From Camelus dromedarius (taxonomy: Eukaryota), in assembly GCF_036321535.1 (NCBI RefSeq), contig NC_087436.1, positions 28,894,001-28,958,000 on the forward strand: DNA of 64,000 bases. Reading direction: 5' to 3'. Positions 51,265 through 64,000 of this stretch are shown here, piece after piece. The notes beneath the pieces were generated by a model, which had not been told where the DNA came from, did not search any database, and saw only the letters and a program-made list of their open reading frames with translations. Both the position numbers and the translations under genes were made by a program. Numbering within the stretch: the first letter of the stretch is position 1; every line of letters starts with the position of its first letter.

Positions 51265-52576
51265 GAGTAAAGACAGTCTCTTAAGCCAATAGTGTTGGGA
51301 TAACTGGCCAGCTGCATATAAATCAGTGAAGTTAGAATATTCCCTCACACTATAGACAAAAATAATCTCAAAATGGCTTAAAGACTTAAACATAAGACAA
51401 GACATTATAAACCTCTTAGAAGAAAACATAGGCAAAACATTATCTGACATAAATCTTAGCATTGTTCTCCTAAAGCAGTCTACCCAGGCAATAAAAATTA
51501 AAGCAAAAATAAACCAATGGGACCTAAATCAACTTATAAGCTTTTGCACAGCAAAAGAAACCACAAACAAAACAAAAAGACGACCTACAGAATGGGAGAA
51601 AATAGTTGCAAAAGATAAGACTGACAAAGGCTGAATTTCCAGGATATATAAACAGCTCATACAACTTAATAAGAAAAAAACAAACAACCTAATCCAAAAA
51701 CGATCAGAAGATCTAAACAAGCAATATCCAGTGAAAACATACAAATGGCCAATAGCCACATGAAAAAATGCTCAATATTGCTAATTATCAGAGAAATGTA
51801 AATCAAAACTACAGTGAGGTATCACCTCACACCAGTCAGAATGGCCATCATTCAAGAGTTCACAAACAATAAATGCTGGAGAGGGTGTGGAGAAAAGGGA
51901 ACCCTCCTACACTGTTGGTGGGAATGTAGTTTGGTACAGCCATTATGGAAAACAGTATGGAGATTCCTCAAAAGACTAAAAATAGATTTACTACATGATC
52001 CAGCCATCCCATGCACCCTAATGTTCATAGAAGCACTATTTACAGTAGCCAAGACATGGAAACAACCTAAATGTCCATCAACAGATCTGGATAAAGAAGT
52101 CATGGTATATTTAAACAATATACTACTCAGCCATAAAATAGAATGAAATAATGCCATTTGCAGCAACAAGGGTGGACCTGGAGAATGTCATTCTAATTGA
52201 AGTAAGCCAGAAAAAGAAAGAAAAATACCATATGATATCACTTATATGTGAAATGTACAAAAAAAGACAAATAAATTTATTTACAAAACAGAAACAAAGA
52301 CATAGAAAACAAACTTATGGATGCCAGTAAGGGAGGGGGATGGGAAGGAATAAATTGGGAATTCAGGATTTGTAGATACTAACTACTATATATAAAATAG
52401 AAAAATAACAAGTTCATATTGTATAGCACAGGGAACTATATTCAATATCTTATAGTACTTAGAATGAAAAAGAATATGAAAACGAATATATGTATGCTTA
52501 TGTATGACTGAGGCATTAAGCTGTACAACAGAAATTGATACAACATTGTAAACTGACTATACTTCAATAAAAATAA

Positions 52577-52631
<55 letters not shown>

Positions 52632-52633
52632 AT
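51265..52633 (+). mobile_element. Young 5'-truncated camelid-type L1 (about 1.37 kb; ORF2 C-terminus, 3' UTR and tail)
   Basis: ORF 51814-52146 [13 protein letters not shown]...[18 protein letters not shown]...W is the L1 ORF2 cysteine-rich domain. 3' UTR tgtatagcacagggaactatattcaatatctt. (TAAA)n tail. Confidence 0.97.
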
Positions 52634-52634
52634 A
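52575..52634. repeat. (TAAA)n microsatellite derived from the L1 poly(A) tail
   Basis: Seen directly, about 14 units. Confidence 0.97.
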
Positions 52635-53479
52635 CAAACAAACTATGAGAGAGAACTTATTCTGCCACATATGAAAATTGAAATTATTATGTCCAGTGAT
52701 AGGGATTCAAATCACACTATTTGTTCTGGAATAGTCATGTGAATCATCATAGCAAGTTTATAAATTTTGGATATTTAATTTTCCAGGATAGTTTAGATCA
52801 GTGAAAAGCACTCTCTTCTATCCAAAAACTAAGTGGTCTATTTAATTTGGGGAAACAAATTCATAAAGCACACAAAAGTAAACTCTAAAATTTTTCTTTT
52901 ATAAAAGTGAAGTGGAAATCAGATCATATAAAATTTTTAAATAATTATAGGGAATATTTTTATAATCTTTATGTCAGGACGTTTTCCTAGGAAAAGCATC
53001 AAACCAAGGCCCATAATTGGAAATACATTAATGTACTTAATTGAATTAACTATTTAAGCCTTCTCTCTATCACAAGACTAAATAAAAAAGTTAAATTAAA
53101 AATGTCAGAGTATGAAAAAATATTTAGAACATAAGTAACAATGAGAAAACTAAGATGCATTATATATAAATCTCTCCAACACATCAATAATTCAAGTACA
53201 CACACATATATACATTCACGCACACACACTCACATACACACACGAAATAACAGAAAATTTCCTGGAAGTGTAAATACCAAATTGATAACCACGATTACTT
53301 CTCTGAAGGAGAATTATTTGAAAAGAAGAATAAAATTTTGGGCTTCTACTTATTTACTTTTTATTTTATAATTATTTTAATTATAATAATGTGAATGCAT
53401 TTTGACAAAATTTGTAAAAAATTAATGTTAATCATTTGAAGTTGGGAATACTCGGTATTCTCATTAACCCTTAAGCAAA

Positions 53480-54930
53480 AAATAAAGGTAGCTACTCCTC
53501 AGCATATTTAGGTAAAATAGCTAAAAACCAAAGATAAAGCAAATGTCTGAAAAATAGCCAGGCAAGTGGACAGATTATATTCAGAGGAGCAACAGCTAGG
53601 CTTAGAGCTGGCCTCAATCTCAACAGTGGACATCAAAAATCAATAGTAGGTTATCTTCAATGATTTTTTATAAATGACTGCTAAGCTAGAATTCTATCCC
53701 AACTTCAACATACTTCAAAAAATGACGGAATAAATTTTCATAAGAAATAGCTCAGGAAATGTTTCACCCTATACTTTAGGCAAGGGAAATATTTCCAAGT
53801 AAAAATTCTAAGACTGAAGGAATAGAGATGGAAGAGAAAGGTAAACATATGGACAGACATCCATTAATATCTGTAAACCCTAGATTGTAAGGTGTGTCTT
53901 GATAACCCCTTGCTTAGTGTGAAGGGGCAAAGTGCACGTAGCTGAGATGTTGACAGTAAGGATTCCTGTGTTTGTCACTAGTGCAGTCACTAAAGAAGAG
54001 TGAAAGGGGTATAACTACTAGGCTAAGAAGAGGGGGAAGATAACTCAATCATCAGAAGTAATGTATGAAAGGAGAGAGACAATAATAGAATATGGGGAAG
54101 AAACAGAAAGCAAATAGTAAGACAGTAAACTTAGAAAAAGATGAGACTAACTGCATTAAAAGGAAAGGGACTTAATTCAATTGTGAGATACAGAGTGTTA
54201 GAGTAGATTAAAACATAATCGAATCATCTTACGCTTACAATTTCCATTTACAAATAGAAGAATTCAGATAGTTTGATTGTAAAAGGGAGAACTGGAATGG
54301 CTTCAAACACTAACCAAAAGGAAACTCACTGTTCTCTTATATCAGATAGTGCTGATTTTAAAACAAATATTTCTAAAGAGCACTAAAGTATAATGCAAAA
54401 AGTTCCATCCATTTGGAATGTATAATGATTACACATCTGTAACATCATAATATGTTCACAAAAATTATAAAGCAGTATTGCTAAAACTAAAAGTGAAATG
54501 AAGTCACAATCACAGGGGTAGATTTTAACAGAGCTATCACGCAGGAATCTACAGAAAAAGACTAAAAATAAGAAAATGTATAAAACCTTGAAACCATGTT
54601 TGACAAATTTGAGTACACCAATATATACAGAAAACAACTAACAACTGTAGATTATACATTGTTTACAAGTGTGCACTAAAAAACTAAAAGTTGACCATAG
54701 GTTTACACAAAAAAAGGAACTTTCAAGGAATGTAAAATGTAAAACAATTCAAATTTTACATTGGTGCAATTAACTAACAAGCCATAATAAAATTTAATTG
54801 GAAATATTAAAACGTAATTTCTATGTAACAGAATAGAATATAAATTTCTAAGTAACACTAGGTCAAACAGAAATCACAGTGGAAACTGGAAAACATTATG
54901 ACCTTAATAGGTAATGGAAACAAAAAGGGG
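53480..54930 (+). mobile_element. Old L1M ORF1 C-terminus, inter-ORF region and ORF2 endonuclease start
   Basis: Contains aaccaaagataaagcaaatgtctgaaaaatagccagg, ctagaattctatcc and caaacactaaccaaaaggaaact...atatcagatagtgctgattttaaaaca. Confidence 0.75.
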
Positions 54931-54971
54931 GCTTTTGAGTTGTTAGTAGTGTATTATTTATTCATCTAATA

Positions 54972-55144
54972 CAGGGCTGGCTGCAAAATGTGTGGGGCCC
55001 AATGCAAAATACAAACGTTGGGCCCCTTGTTCAAAACTACTAGGAATTTCAAGGTTGTAGTATCAACTACAGAATTTCAAGGTTACAGTTAAACTAAGTA
55101 CAGGACCCCTCTAAGGTGAGGCAACATCCACGAGGCTGACCTTG
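54972..55144. mobile_element. MER45A-like hAT-Tip100 MITE
   Basis: TIR-like ends cagggctggc and gctgaccttg. Internal ggggcccaatgcaaaat...gggccccttgttcaaaa...ggaatttcaag. Confidence 0.85.
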
Positions 55145-57968
55145 CCTCTGTAGTCACTTTGTAATACCTCCCTGAGATGTAATTGATGTTTCAATCAATT
55201 TTTTCTATGTGTGTTGTACTTCCCAATTAAATATACATATATATATATATATATAAAATATATATGAAATATATTTTTTAAATGCTGAGGTAGTTACCTG
55301 GGCAAATTAAACAAAATAGCTTGTGATGGAAGGAAAAAGTAGAACCTTGTACTCTTAAGATCTGTATTCTCTTCTCACTGTCAGGTGAATATCTGTTATG
55401 TCTCTGTACTTTTGTTTTAGAAACTTTGTTTCCAAAAATAAAACTGAAGCAGAGTGGCCTTGAAGCAGTCCTCATTCCTAGTTTCTTGGAGGTTATTGTT
55501 GGACGGCTTCCTAGGAGATGGCCATCTACAAAGCCCTGAAGAAGTTTGGGAATAAATGTGGAAATGTGTTTGTGATGGAGACAAAGAGGAAGAATAGAGT
55601 GAAATCATATAAAAATATTTCCCAGCAATTCATTTCTTGACATTATATTTAATCAGTAACATTGTAAAATATATATACCAAAAGTTTTTTCTAAAATGGT
55701 AAATTCACATGTATTTTTTCAAATTTCTACTTAACTGTGACAATGCAAAAATAATACTTTGATATATGACCTCCTTTTAATATTTGCTAAAAACTTCTTG
55801 CAAGAAGTATCAGGTGTGTAGATCAGAGAAGTGATAATTAGCAAGGTTTCTACTCTACTTAATCTTACACCTCTCTTGCATAAAATGAGGCATTAGCTTT
55901 CTAAATTTATCCAAATGAACATCAGTCGAGGTTTTAAGATGCAAAAATAAAATGCCATGAGGAAGTTGGTGAATTATGTCAAATTTCACAGCTGAGATGT
56001 GTATATATAAAGATTACATGCTATATCAATTTTATTTTATTGGTATCTTTCATTTAATGTCTAGTTTGGAAGGAGGAGCATCTGGTTTTAATGAGCTTAC
56101 ATGTGTTGATTTCTCTTCTCCCAAATAACACTGTTCATATAACACAAACTATTTGAAAAAAGTGCTACAGAATATACAAATAATCATGTATCTTTCAAAT
56201 AATAAAGACTGAATTTTTTTAAAGGTTTATATGTTCAATATCATGAATATATAAGAGGCCAGATACTGAGTCAGTTTCATCCCATGGAAGGCATCCTCCT
56301 GTCTGTGGCATTTCAACCTTAACCCCTGAACTGTTCGGGATTTTATGTAACAAAGAAAGCTTTGGGCAAAAAGATCATATATTTCTGGAATTCTGCCCTA
56401 GGCATAAAAAGCTCTAGGAAAAAAATGGAAACTTAAATTTTACATATAGAGTGTTACACAGCCTTTCTGCTTACACTATATTTGAAAGTAATTTCCATCT
56501 ACCCATCTATCCATTCATTCTTTAAAGAGCTATTTTAAGTACCTATTAAAGAATGCAGATGAATCAGATATAGTTTTTTAAAAAAGAATCATTACAGAGA
56601 TGTTGAAAAATGTAAATAAAACCAGAAGTAGAAATAACTTATTCTGAATTGAAAATGTATTATGTACTGATATTTAGCAAGGAATTTTACATCCATAATT
56701 CAAAGTAAATGTATCTACATCCTTTTTGGGTATGGCAGAGGGAAAACAAACACACAGAAAGTTTTGGCTGAAATCACCAAGTATGTAACTTACAGAAGAA
56801 GAGTTCACATCTATTCTAACTCCAGACCCCGTGATTTAAACTCAGTGTTAGATTCCAGCACCTAAGTAAGATAGCCCTCAACTAAACAGCATTATGATTG
56901 TGGCAGACAGTTTGCTTACCTTCCCTTTGGACTGAGAAAAGGCGTGACTGGGACTGTCAAGCGTGAGCTACATCCTCAGCCACGCTCCCCCATAGCACTG
57001 CTGACCTTCATTAAGTCAAGTAAATTCTAATCACCTCACTTTCCTCGAAATGAATATATGTAGATGTATCTCCCTTTCTTTCCTTTGAATGAAAAGCAAG
57101 AATTTATTAAGCAGACAATTTTCAAACCCAAATATCTGTTGCTAGTTACAATAATATATTGCCTTCTGAACATACCCCCTGCATAGCCATTTTATTATTT
57201 AACTTCAAGGCAATAGTCAGCCCTCCTCTTGCTTTCAAGGAGTTATTTTAAACACCATTTCTCCCATAGTGCATCTCCGGTGTACACTTCAGTCAAGAAC
57301 GTGTTCATATGTTGCTTTATTGTGCTACAAAATTGGTTTATTATACTGTACAGACTCTCTGCCCTCAAATCATTGTTGATCAGCACTAGAGTATCTGTTC
57401 TGCTTTTCCATGATACCATATTTGACGTTTAAATAGCATGTTGTTAACATATAATGAAATAGAAGTCTTTAAACCATAGTTATCATATTCTTTTCCTTTC
57501 TTTAGACTTAATTGCATTTCATTTCAGCATCTTACTTTCTTCCTCCACTGCAGACCTCACAGTGAGGTTAATACCCTGCGGTACATAAAAATGCATTTCT
57601 GAAGGAGGGCAGAAGTAAAAGGAGAGAAAGTGTTAAATAGTTTGACATTTTCTTACCACCTGAAAAAGGGCAAACACATTTCAGTATCTTATTGAAGACA
57701 AATGCCTGGCCTTTCACTCTTGGCTTCTCAGTGATAATAGCTGTGTTTCCTTACATGTTCATAGCACATAAAATATTTCATTGATTTGCAAACAGAAATC
57801 CTGTGTACAATCCAGGACAAATATGATCCTCCTTTTTACAGAATAGTATTTAAGTTTCAAGAATTCTGGAATTGCTCCCAGTTCACACTATGTGACTCTG
57901 GCCCCATGTCTTCCAAGGGCAAAGTGACCACATTAATCTCAGCTCTCTCCCAACTGCACATTTGTTGA

Positions 57969-58030
57969 TTTCTTTTCTTTTCTTTTCTTTTCTTTTCTTT
58001 TCTTTTCTTTTCTTTTCTTTTCTTTTCTTT
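57969..58030. repeat. (TTTTC)n pentanucleotide microsatellite, about 12 units
   Basis: Seen directly. Confidence 0.97.
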
Positions 58031-60489
58031 GTTTTTAAGATTTTTACTTTTATATCTGAATTTTACATTAGCTCCTTTAAATTTAATTAAGGTAAGATAA
58101 CAAATTAAGTGTCCAGTTTTTTGAATGAGATAATCCTGGATTCAAATCCAAACTTTGTACATGACTTAATTAGGTAAATTCTATGCTCCTTTGAAGCTCA
58201 CCTGGTCAGTTGCTGCAATCCCCGAGTAAAAGAACACTTCACACACAGTCCCACGCAGTGTTAAAAATCACGTTTAAGTCTGATAACGGGTTTTGTTTTC
58301 GATTGGTTAAATTTGTGATAACTTACTTAGATGTGGGTAATATAAATTACTTTTCGTGGCATCCTAAATAAAGACACTTAAAAGAGTATTTGCTGTAATC
58401 CTTATCAAATGCAGGAATCGAACTTACTACATTAGGTATTTTCATTAAAGAAAATTGGCCACTTTTAAGGCTCTCGACTCCATTTGACGGTTATTAAAGG
58501 TTTATTATCTATTAGTCAGCTTCAGGTTAGTCACAAATGTCGGGCCCAGCTCTCCAGATTTCATTCTTTGGGATTATTGCTCAGGGGGAGGAAGGAACTC
58601 TAAGCTTTCAATTTTTAGAACTATGTTATTTTTCTCCAAAATATTTATCCTGTGAATAAACCTTGGCTTCTTTATGGGCATCTGGTGTTTGTCTCTGTCC
58701 ATGGAAGTGATAGAGGGAAAAAGGGACACAGTCGAGTTTTCTATTTACCTAAAACATGGAACACCATAAGTAAACCTTCCAACTTAATCAAATGGACCTG
58801 ACAAATTTTCTCTTTAAAGTAACTAGAACTATTCTAGTAAGCTTTTTTTTTTTTGTACAGTTCAACACAGAGCTATCACTTTGAAAGGCATAAAAATCTC
58901 AGCATGCTACAAAACAATGCCCATATGTCCATTTTGAAAAATTGATACTTTATCCCAAAGACAAGAGAATTAAAGACCATTATTTCCATCTAAACTGTAA
59001 ATTAATGTATTTTAATAAATACAAAAGTACTCAAGATAAGTTCTTGAAAGTCTAATCATATAATAGTAAATAAAAACCAAACTGAATTATTCTCAATTGA
59101 TCTTCTACCATCATTCAAAGTAAGAAGTATGTAAATCTCACTAAAAATTCAGCATTTCTAACCCAAGAGTACAGGGAAACCAGTACACCACAAAAAGGAT
59201 GATGTGTCTATTTTGTGCTATGAATTACAGTGTGTGAATCTGGAAAAATTACATTTATTCCTGTTCATTTAAGAAGGAAGTTGTGCTACGGTGTCAAGAC
59301 CAATGGGACAGACTTAATCATCAAGTTCATTATCAAGCTAAGGCCAAATCTTTCAACCACTGCTATTTATTAAGCCTATACATCCTTCACAATATCTCAA
59401 AACACAATAACAGAGCTACAATACCTTGAAGGTCAGTGTTTCCATTATAACATGAATAGAACCAACCATTGTTTTTACTATTATTCAGATGCCGCAGAGA
59501 CTCAGAAGTGAAAGGGCATAAATGATTACTTTGAGTAGGTTATAGCAAGACTTCTGCACGACCCCATTGTCAGTGATCGTGCTGAACAAACCAAACTACT
59601 TCCAGTTTTACCAAAAATTGCCATGATTTCAAAAAGAAACCCCAATTTATATTGAAATTATCCTTCCTGAAGTGCTCAATAATTTCAGAAGCAGGTGGAA
59701 AATAGAAACACCAATAGTCAGAGACAATCAAATATCCTCCTGATTTTTGAAATCTTGATGCTGATAAACCACTAGTAAAAACATCAATCTTTGAAAAATT
59801 CTTGAACTGATTATATATTTTGAGGAAAGAGTTTGGAAGAACTCTTTCTCTGTCCTGCAAGCTAGGATATGGCAGAAGGACTCACTTTTGGAACGTGGTG
59901 CCATGAGGGTTTTTGCAGACATGCTCCCCAGGGAAAGAATTATGTTATGTTGAAAATTATTTTTAAAAACACCCATTTTTTTAAATATTAAAAAAAAGAA
60001 ATGTCTTATCCTCCATAATAATGTATTTAAATTATAAAAATAATAGATTTATTTAAATATACTTATGTTTATTTTTCCACTGCTACTGAATCCCTAACAA
60101 AAGCCATAAAAATTTCTGATGATCTGATAACAAAAATAGGACCAGCTAACTACTAATCTCAAGCTCCAAACTCAGATGTGCAGTTGCAATCAATTCATGC
60201 TAAATTTAATCAATTCAATTTAAAATTTATTTTAGTCAAATTAATGTTTTCATCAGACTTGAATGTGGGCTGTCGTGAGGGGAGCTTCCTTAGTCATTTG
60301 TTCGTGAATGTTCCTCCTCATGCACCCTAGTCCTCTGCTGTGACATGCAGTTTTCCAGCTGGTTCTCAGCCAGTTAGGTTGAACTGGACGTGGAAGCACC
60401 CTCTTCTTGCTTGTCAGTCGTGCAACATCTCACTTTTTGCCCCTTTTAGAAATAATTAAGGGAAGTTGTGTAAAGAAGTGATTAACAGA

Positions 60490-60660
60490 ACAAATTCAGA
60501 TTTCACTCTAACTACATAAGTGACCTGGGACAAGTTACTTAACTTTCCTCTCCCTCAGTTATCTGATCTGTAAAATAATAGTATAAACTATTTCATAAGG
60601 TTATTGTAAGGATTGAATACACATAAATCACTTTAAATATTGCCTGATATATAAGATGCA
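60490..60660 (+). mobile_element. MIR SINE
   Basis: Core gtgacctgggacaagttacttaactttcctctccctcagttatctgatctgtaaaat. Confidence 0.9.
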
Positions 60661-60734
60661 TTTGTTGGATCTCTCCCCGATACAATGTTAAAGAGCATCG
60701 TTAGTAAATGCAAAAATTTACATGTATAATCTTT

Positions 60735-60900
60735 GTATTATATTGTTGACTTACTATTATGTTGTTGACTCCATATCACACTTTTTTACAGAAGAGGAAA
60801 CTGAAGCCCAGGGATATTAAATACTATGATCAATATCACACCAAGGATGTCAAAGTCAAGATTTGAATCCAAATCGGCTGAGATTTCAGAGCATAAGTGT
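60735..60900 (-). mobile_element. MIR SINE (antisense)
   Basis: ttttacagaagaggaaactgaagcccagggatattaaa...caagatttgaatccaaatc. Confidence 0.88.
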
Positions 60901-61654
60901 CTCATTTCAGTTATAATTATTGCTAAATGTGGCCTTTCAACAATAATGCAGATACACAACCTCCATTAACCTACAATTTTTCTCCATGTGAAGATACTTG
61001 TTCTCAAATATCTGAACTATTTTAAAATAGAATGACTAAAGCAACAATCACTTTATGGTGATCTTAAACCCTCTAGCCAAAAAAAAAAAAGTATTTAAGG
61101 AGAAATCTATTTCATAAGGAATATGACTCACTAGTTTGATGAGTGATTCAGTTTTTTATAAATATTCTTGGTGATTTATTTTCATTAGCTTTTATAAGAG
61201 GAGTGATATCCACCTTCTCACCACAATTTCTTTTGTTATTCAGCCTCCATTCTGGAGTGAAGAAGGGGGCCTGTGACAGATGCACGGAAATACATGAAAA
61301 ACAATTTTTTCTAAATTTGTGCTAAAAATATCCTCTCCGTCTCTCCCTCTCTCTCATACACATACAAGCATTCATATATATATACACACACACATATATA
61401 TATACATACACGCACATATCTACACGTGTACACATACATGTGCATAGGTGTGTTCATATCCATGACCCTGGTGAAAACAATACATGGAAAATTAAAATCA
61501 TAGAAAACTTGAAGAAGATAATTTTCATATTTTTACATGGCATTGATTTTATAGAGCACTTTGCAGGTCTTTACTGTGAGTAGACTATTCTTTGCTCAAC
61601 TACAAGATTTTTAAATGCAAAAATAAACCTTTACCAATAGAATGTTCTTGAAGG

Positions 61655-61840
61655 AAAGTCGTGCTTGAACGTGGGTTAAAATTCTGACTTTACTATTTTG
61701 TTTTTGCATTAATTAACCACTTTGGAGTCTTTTAGTGCCTCGATTTATAAATATAATGACATCGATAACTACCTCAGAGAGTCTTGTGAGAATTAAGTTA
61801 GTTTGTGCAAATTTATTAGAACAGGGCTGGACACATGACA
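61655..61840 (+). mobile_element. MIR SINE
   Basis: gggttaaaattctgactttact...ataactacctcagagagtcttgtgagaattaa...ttagaacagggctggacacat. Confidence 0.75.
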
Positions 61841-62167
61841 GTTCTTTCTGTCATCTATTCTTTCTGCTTTTCTTAGATTTGACTTGTTGAACTCTGTTAT
61901 TTAACTTCAGTATAGAGAAGTTCACTATTACCATTTCTGCATTTTTGGTTTTTAATTTTTTTATTTACATTCTAGGAGAATTTCAATTTAGTTTTTTCTT
62001 CCTCAAGACTAACAATCTCCCTGAATTATTTTTATTATTTTAAACTATATTATTGACATCAATTTAATGTAACTACAGTTCTTCTTTCCATGCCCCCTCC
62101 CCATGGCTCATTTTCAACTCAGTGTCTTTTATTTGTATAATTTGGTTTCGGTGTATCTTCAGCTTCT

Positions 62168-62174
62168 TTTTCCT

Positions 62175-62258
<84 letters not shown>

Positions 62259-62292
62259 TCCTTCTTTCTTCCTTCCTTCCTTCCTTCCTTTC
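62168..62292. repeat. Compound (TTTC)n/(TTCC)n polypyrimidine microsatellite
   Basis: Seen directly. It explains the FFLS-repeat pseudo-ORFs at 62103 and 62122. Confidence 0.98.
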
Positions 62293-64000
62293 AGTATGTC
62301 ATATTGCTTTTTCTTCTCTTATCAAGCTAGAGAATAATGTTTCTTCCCTATGATGGTGTCTCCCTCTGACCAAGAGATAAATTTTCTGACCCAACATTTG
62401 CTAACAGACAGTAGGCATGGACTTTTCCTTGGGTGCTCTCATTTCCATGAATTAGCTGAGAAAATAAAGGCACAAGACAAACAAAAGCATGCACATGTGT
62501 AGAGCTGGCGGACTACAAGTCATAGAGGAATTTCATTTATCTTGGATAATATAGGACCTGCCCCTACTCTTCATCACTTATTTTTATTTTAAATAAGGAA
62601 TAAATGAAAATTTACAATATCTAATATGTCAGTTGCCAAAACACTTTCTTTTCACCATATCATGAAAGCTTAAGTATAAAGATCTCAATACTCTTTCCAT
62701 CAAATTGCGATGAGGGCTTCTTCAAATAATGCAAGAATTTTCTGTCTCCTTCAAAATGCAATATATTTGCTGTAAAAAGGTAATAGCTAGGAATTTTGAT
62801 GAGCAGAAACTCTGATCTCTGAGACAGGGCGTAAGGTTACAAGAATCTTTCACCTTTCGTAAGGTTGGCAGGTTTTTGTTCCGTTTCATAGAGCACAATA
62901 AGCTTAAACCACTAAACAGAGTTCTCAATGCAACACAATAGGTTTGTATTATATGGCCATTCCTCTCCAATTTTAGCAAGATTTATCATTAGTTACATTG
63001 TTAGACCTTGCAGGCTTATATATTTTTTTGTTTTTATTCATAGATACATCAGTGGCAGACTGAATAAACTTTATCACATGCTGATTTAACTATCTGTCAG
63101 AAATACTTCGGAGTTCTATAGCTACGTGATCAGGTGATGGACTCATGCAGCTGTCTTCCCTCAGTAAATATTTTATTTCTAAATATTTCTAGCAATATTA
63201 GGTGTTTTCTCCCATCCAAAATGAATTATTTAATTGTGCCAGTCATACATGAAAGTGGTCAAGATGTTTCATAAAAATTATCATTTATTTGGTTTAACTT
63301 TTAACTTCCTAAGAAAATGAAAAAGGTTGTTTTTTCAGATTTGTTCATTTTGTAAACTTCCAAAACTTTTTGAAATGTAGACTCTTCTTGCTTTGAGCTA
63401 TAATCTTTCCTCAGAAAAAAATGAAAACTCCTATGGTCTAGAAATATTTCAATCCTGGAATGTGATGCAGGGATGAAAAGTTAAAACAGTGGAACATATA
63501 ACTTGCAGTGAGGAAAGGACTCTTTATTTTTATCACAATTTTTAAGATCACAACTACTATGTCTAGGTAGGAAAAACTCCTCAAGAACAAAAGAGAAGAG
63601 TCTCATTCAATTGCTGTTCAAATGCCATATGTATATTTTTAAGTTCTGTATAAATCCTGAAATGCTTTTTTAGACCCTAGTAAAAGTGTTTTCTTTAAAA
63701 TAAACAGTGCACTGGGGCTTCAGGATGTTTCTTCCTGAGAAAGAAAGTAACTCTGAATCCTTAAATAACTTACCTTTCAGTAAAAGGTAGCCATGGGATA
63801 TGTTCACAGATGAGCACATGATTTATAGCACTTAAAGGCAAACTTGATGTTTTATTCATTGAAAATCATGAAACTGCCTTGAAACCCTTTCTCACAAACA
63901 TAGTCCCTCGTTTGCTTACTAAAGAAAAAGGAATATAAAGAACTGTATTTGAGAAGAGAACCACAAATACATTTCCCCCTAAATTTCCAGGATCTTCTGG

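Noticed and set aside
51814..52146. 110-aa ORF as a functional CDS
   Set aside because: Fragment of L1 ORF2 in a 5'-truncated, deleted and frameshifted copy.
59570..59976. Overlapping minus-strand ORFs and a small GCACGA/TCGTGC hairpin near 59556-59582
   Set aside because: No recognisable protein similarity, and the stem is too short for a miRNA or other structured RNA.
62103..62337. Phe/Leu/Ser-repeat membrane-like ORFs
   Set aside because: Translation of the (TTTC)n microsatellite.

Overview
AT-rich, CpG-depleted, repeat-dense mammalian genomic DNA, most likely camelid. The basis is a tRNA-derived Vic-1-type SINE at 40.4 kb and several young L1 3' ends that I recognise as camelid/cetartiodactyl type. 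I see no intact protein-coding gene, rRNA, true tRNA or CRISPR array, and nothing prokaryotic. The ORF track is almost all chance ORFs or decayed L1 ORFs. The window looks intergenic or deep-intronic and is built from L1, L2, MIR, MaLR/ERV LTRs, hAT DNA transposons and microsatellites. The main non-repeat discovery is an old, partial processed pseudogene of ABHD5 (CGI-58) on the minus strand at about 18430-19030; the ORF track captures only a frameshifted fragment of it. It joins exon 1, exon 2 and exon 3 sequence without introns but carries an extra ~90-nt MIR-like segment at the exon 2/3 junction, possibly a fossil of an ancestral alternative exon. Other points of interest are a TSD-flanked chimeric L1, two unidentified poly(A)-tailed inserts, a strong CTCF site, several motif-rich candidate enhancers or promoters, and candidate non-coding exons. 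Family names and parent-gene comparisons come from memory of consensus sequences, not a database search. Repeat boundaries are approximate unless TSDs are quoted. I find no convincing evidence of a wholly new biological system.
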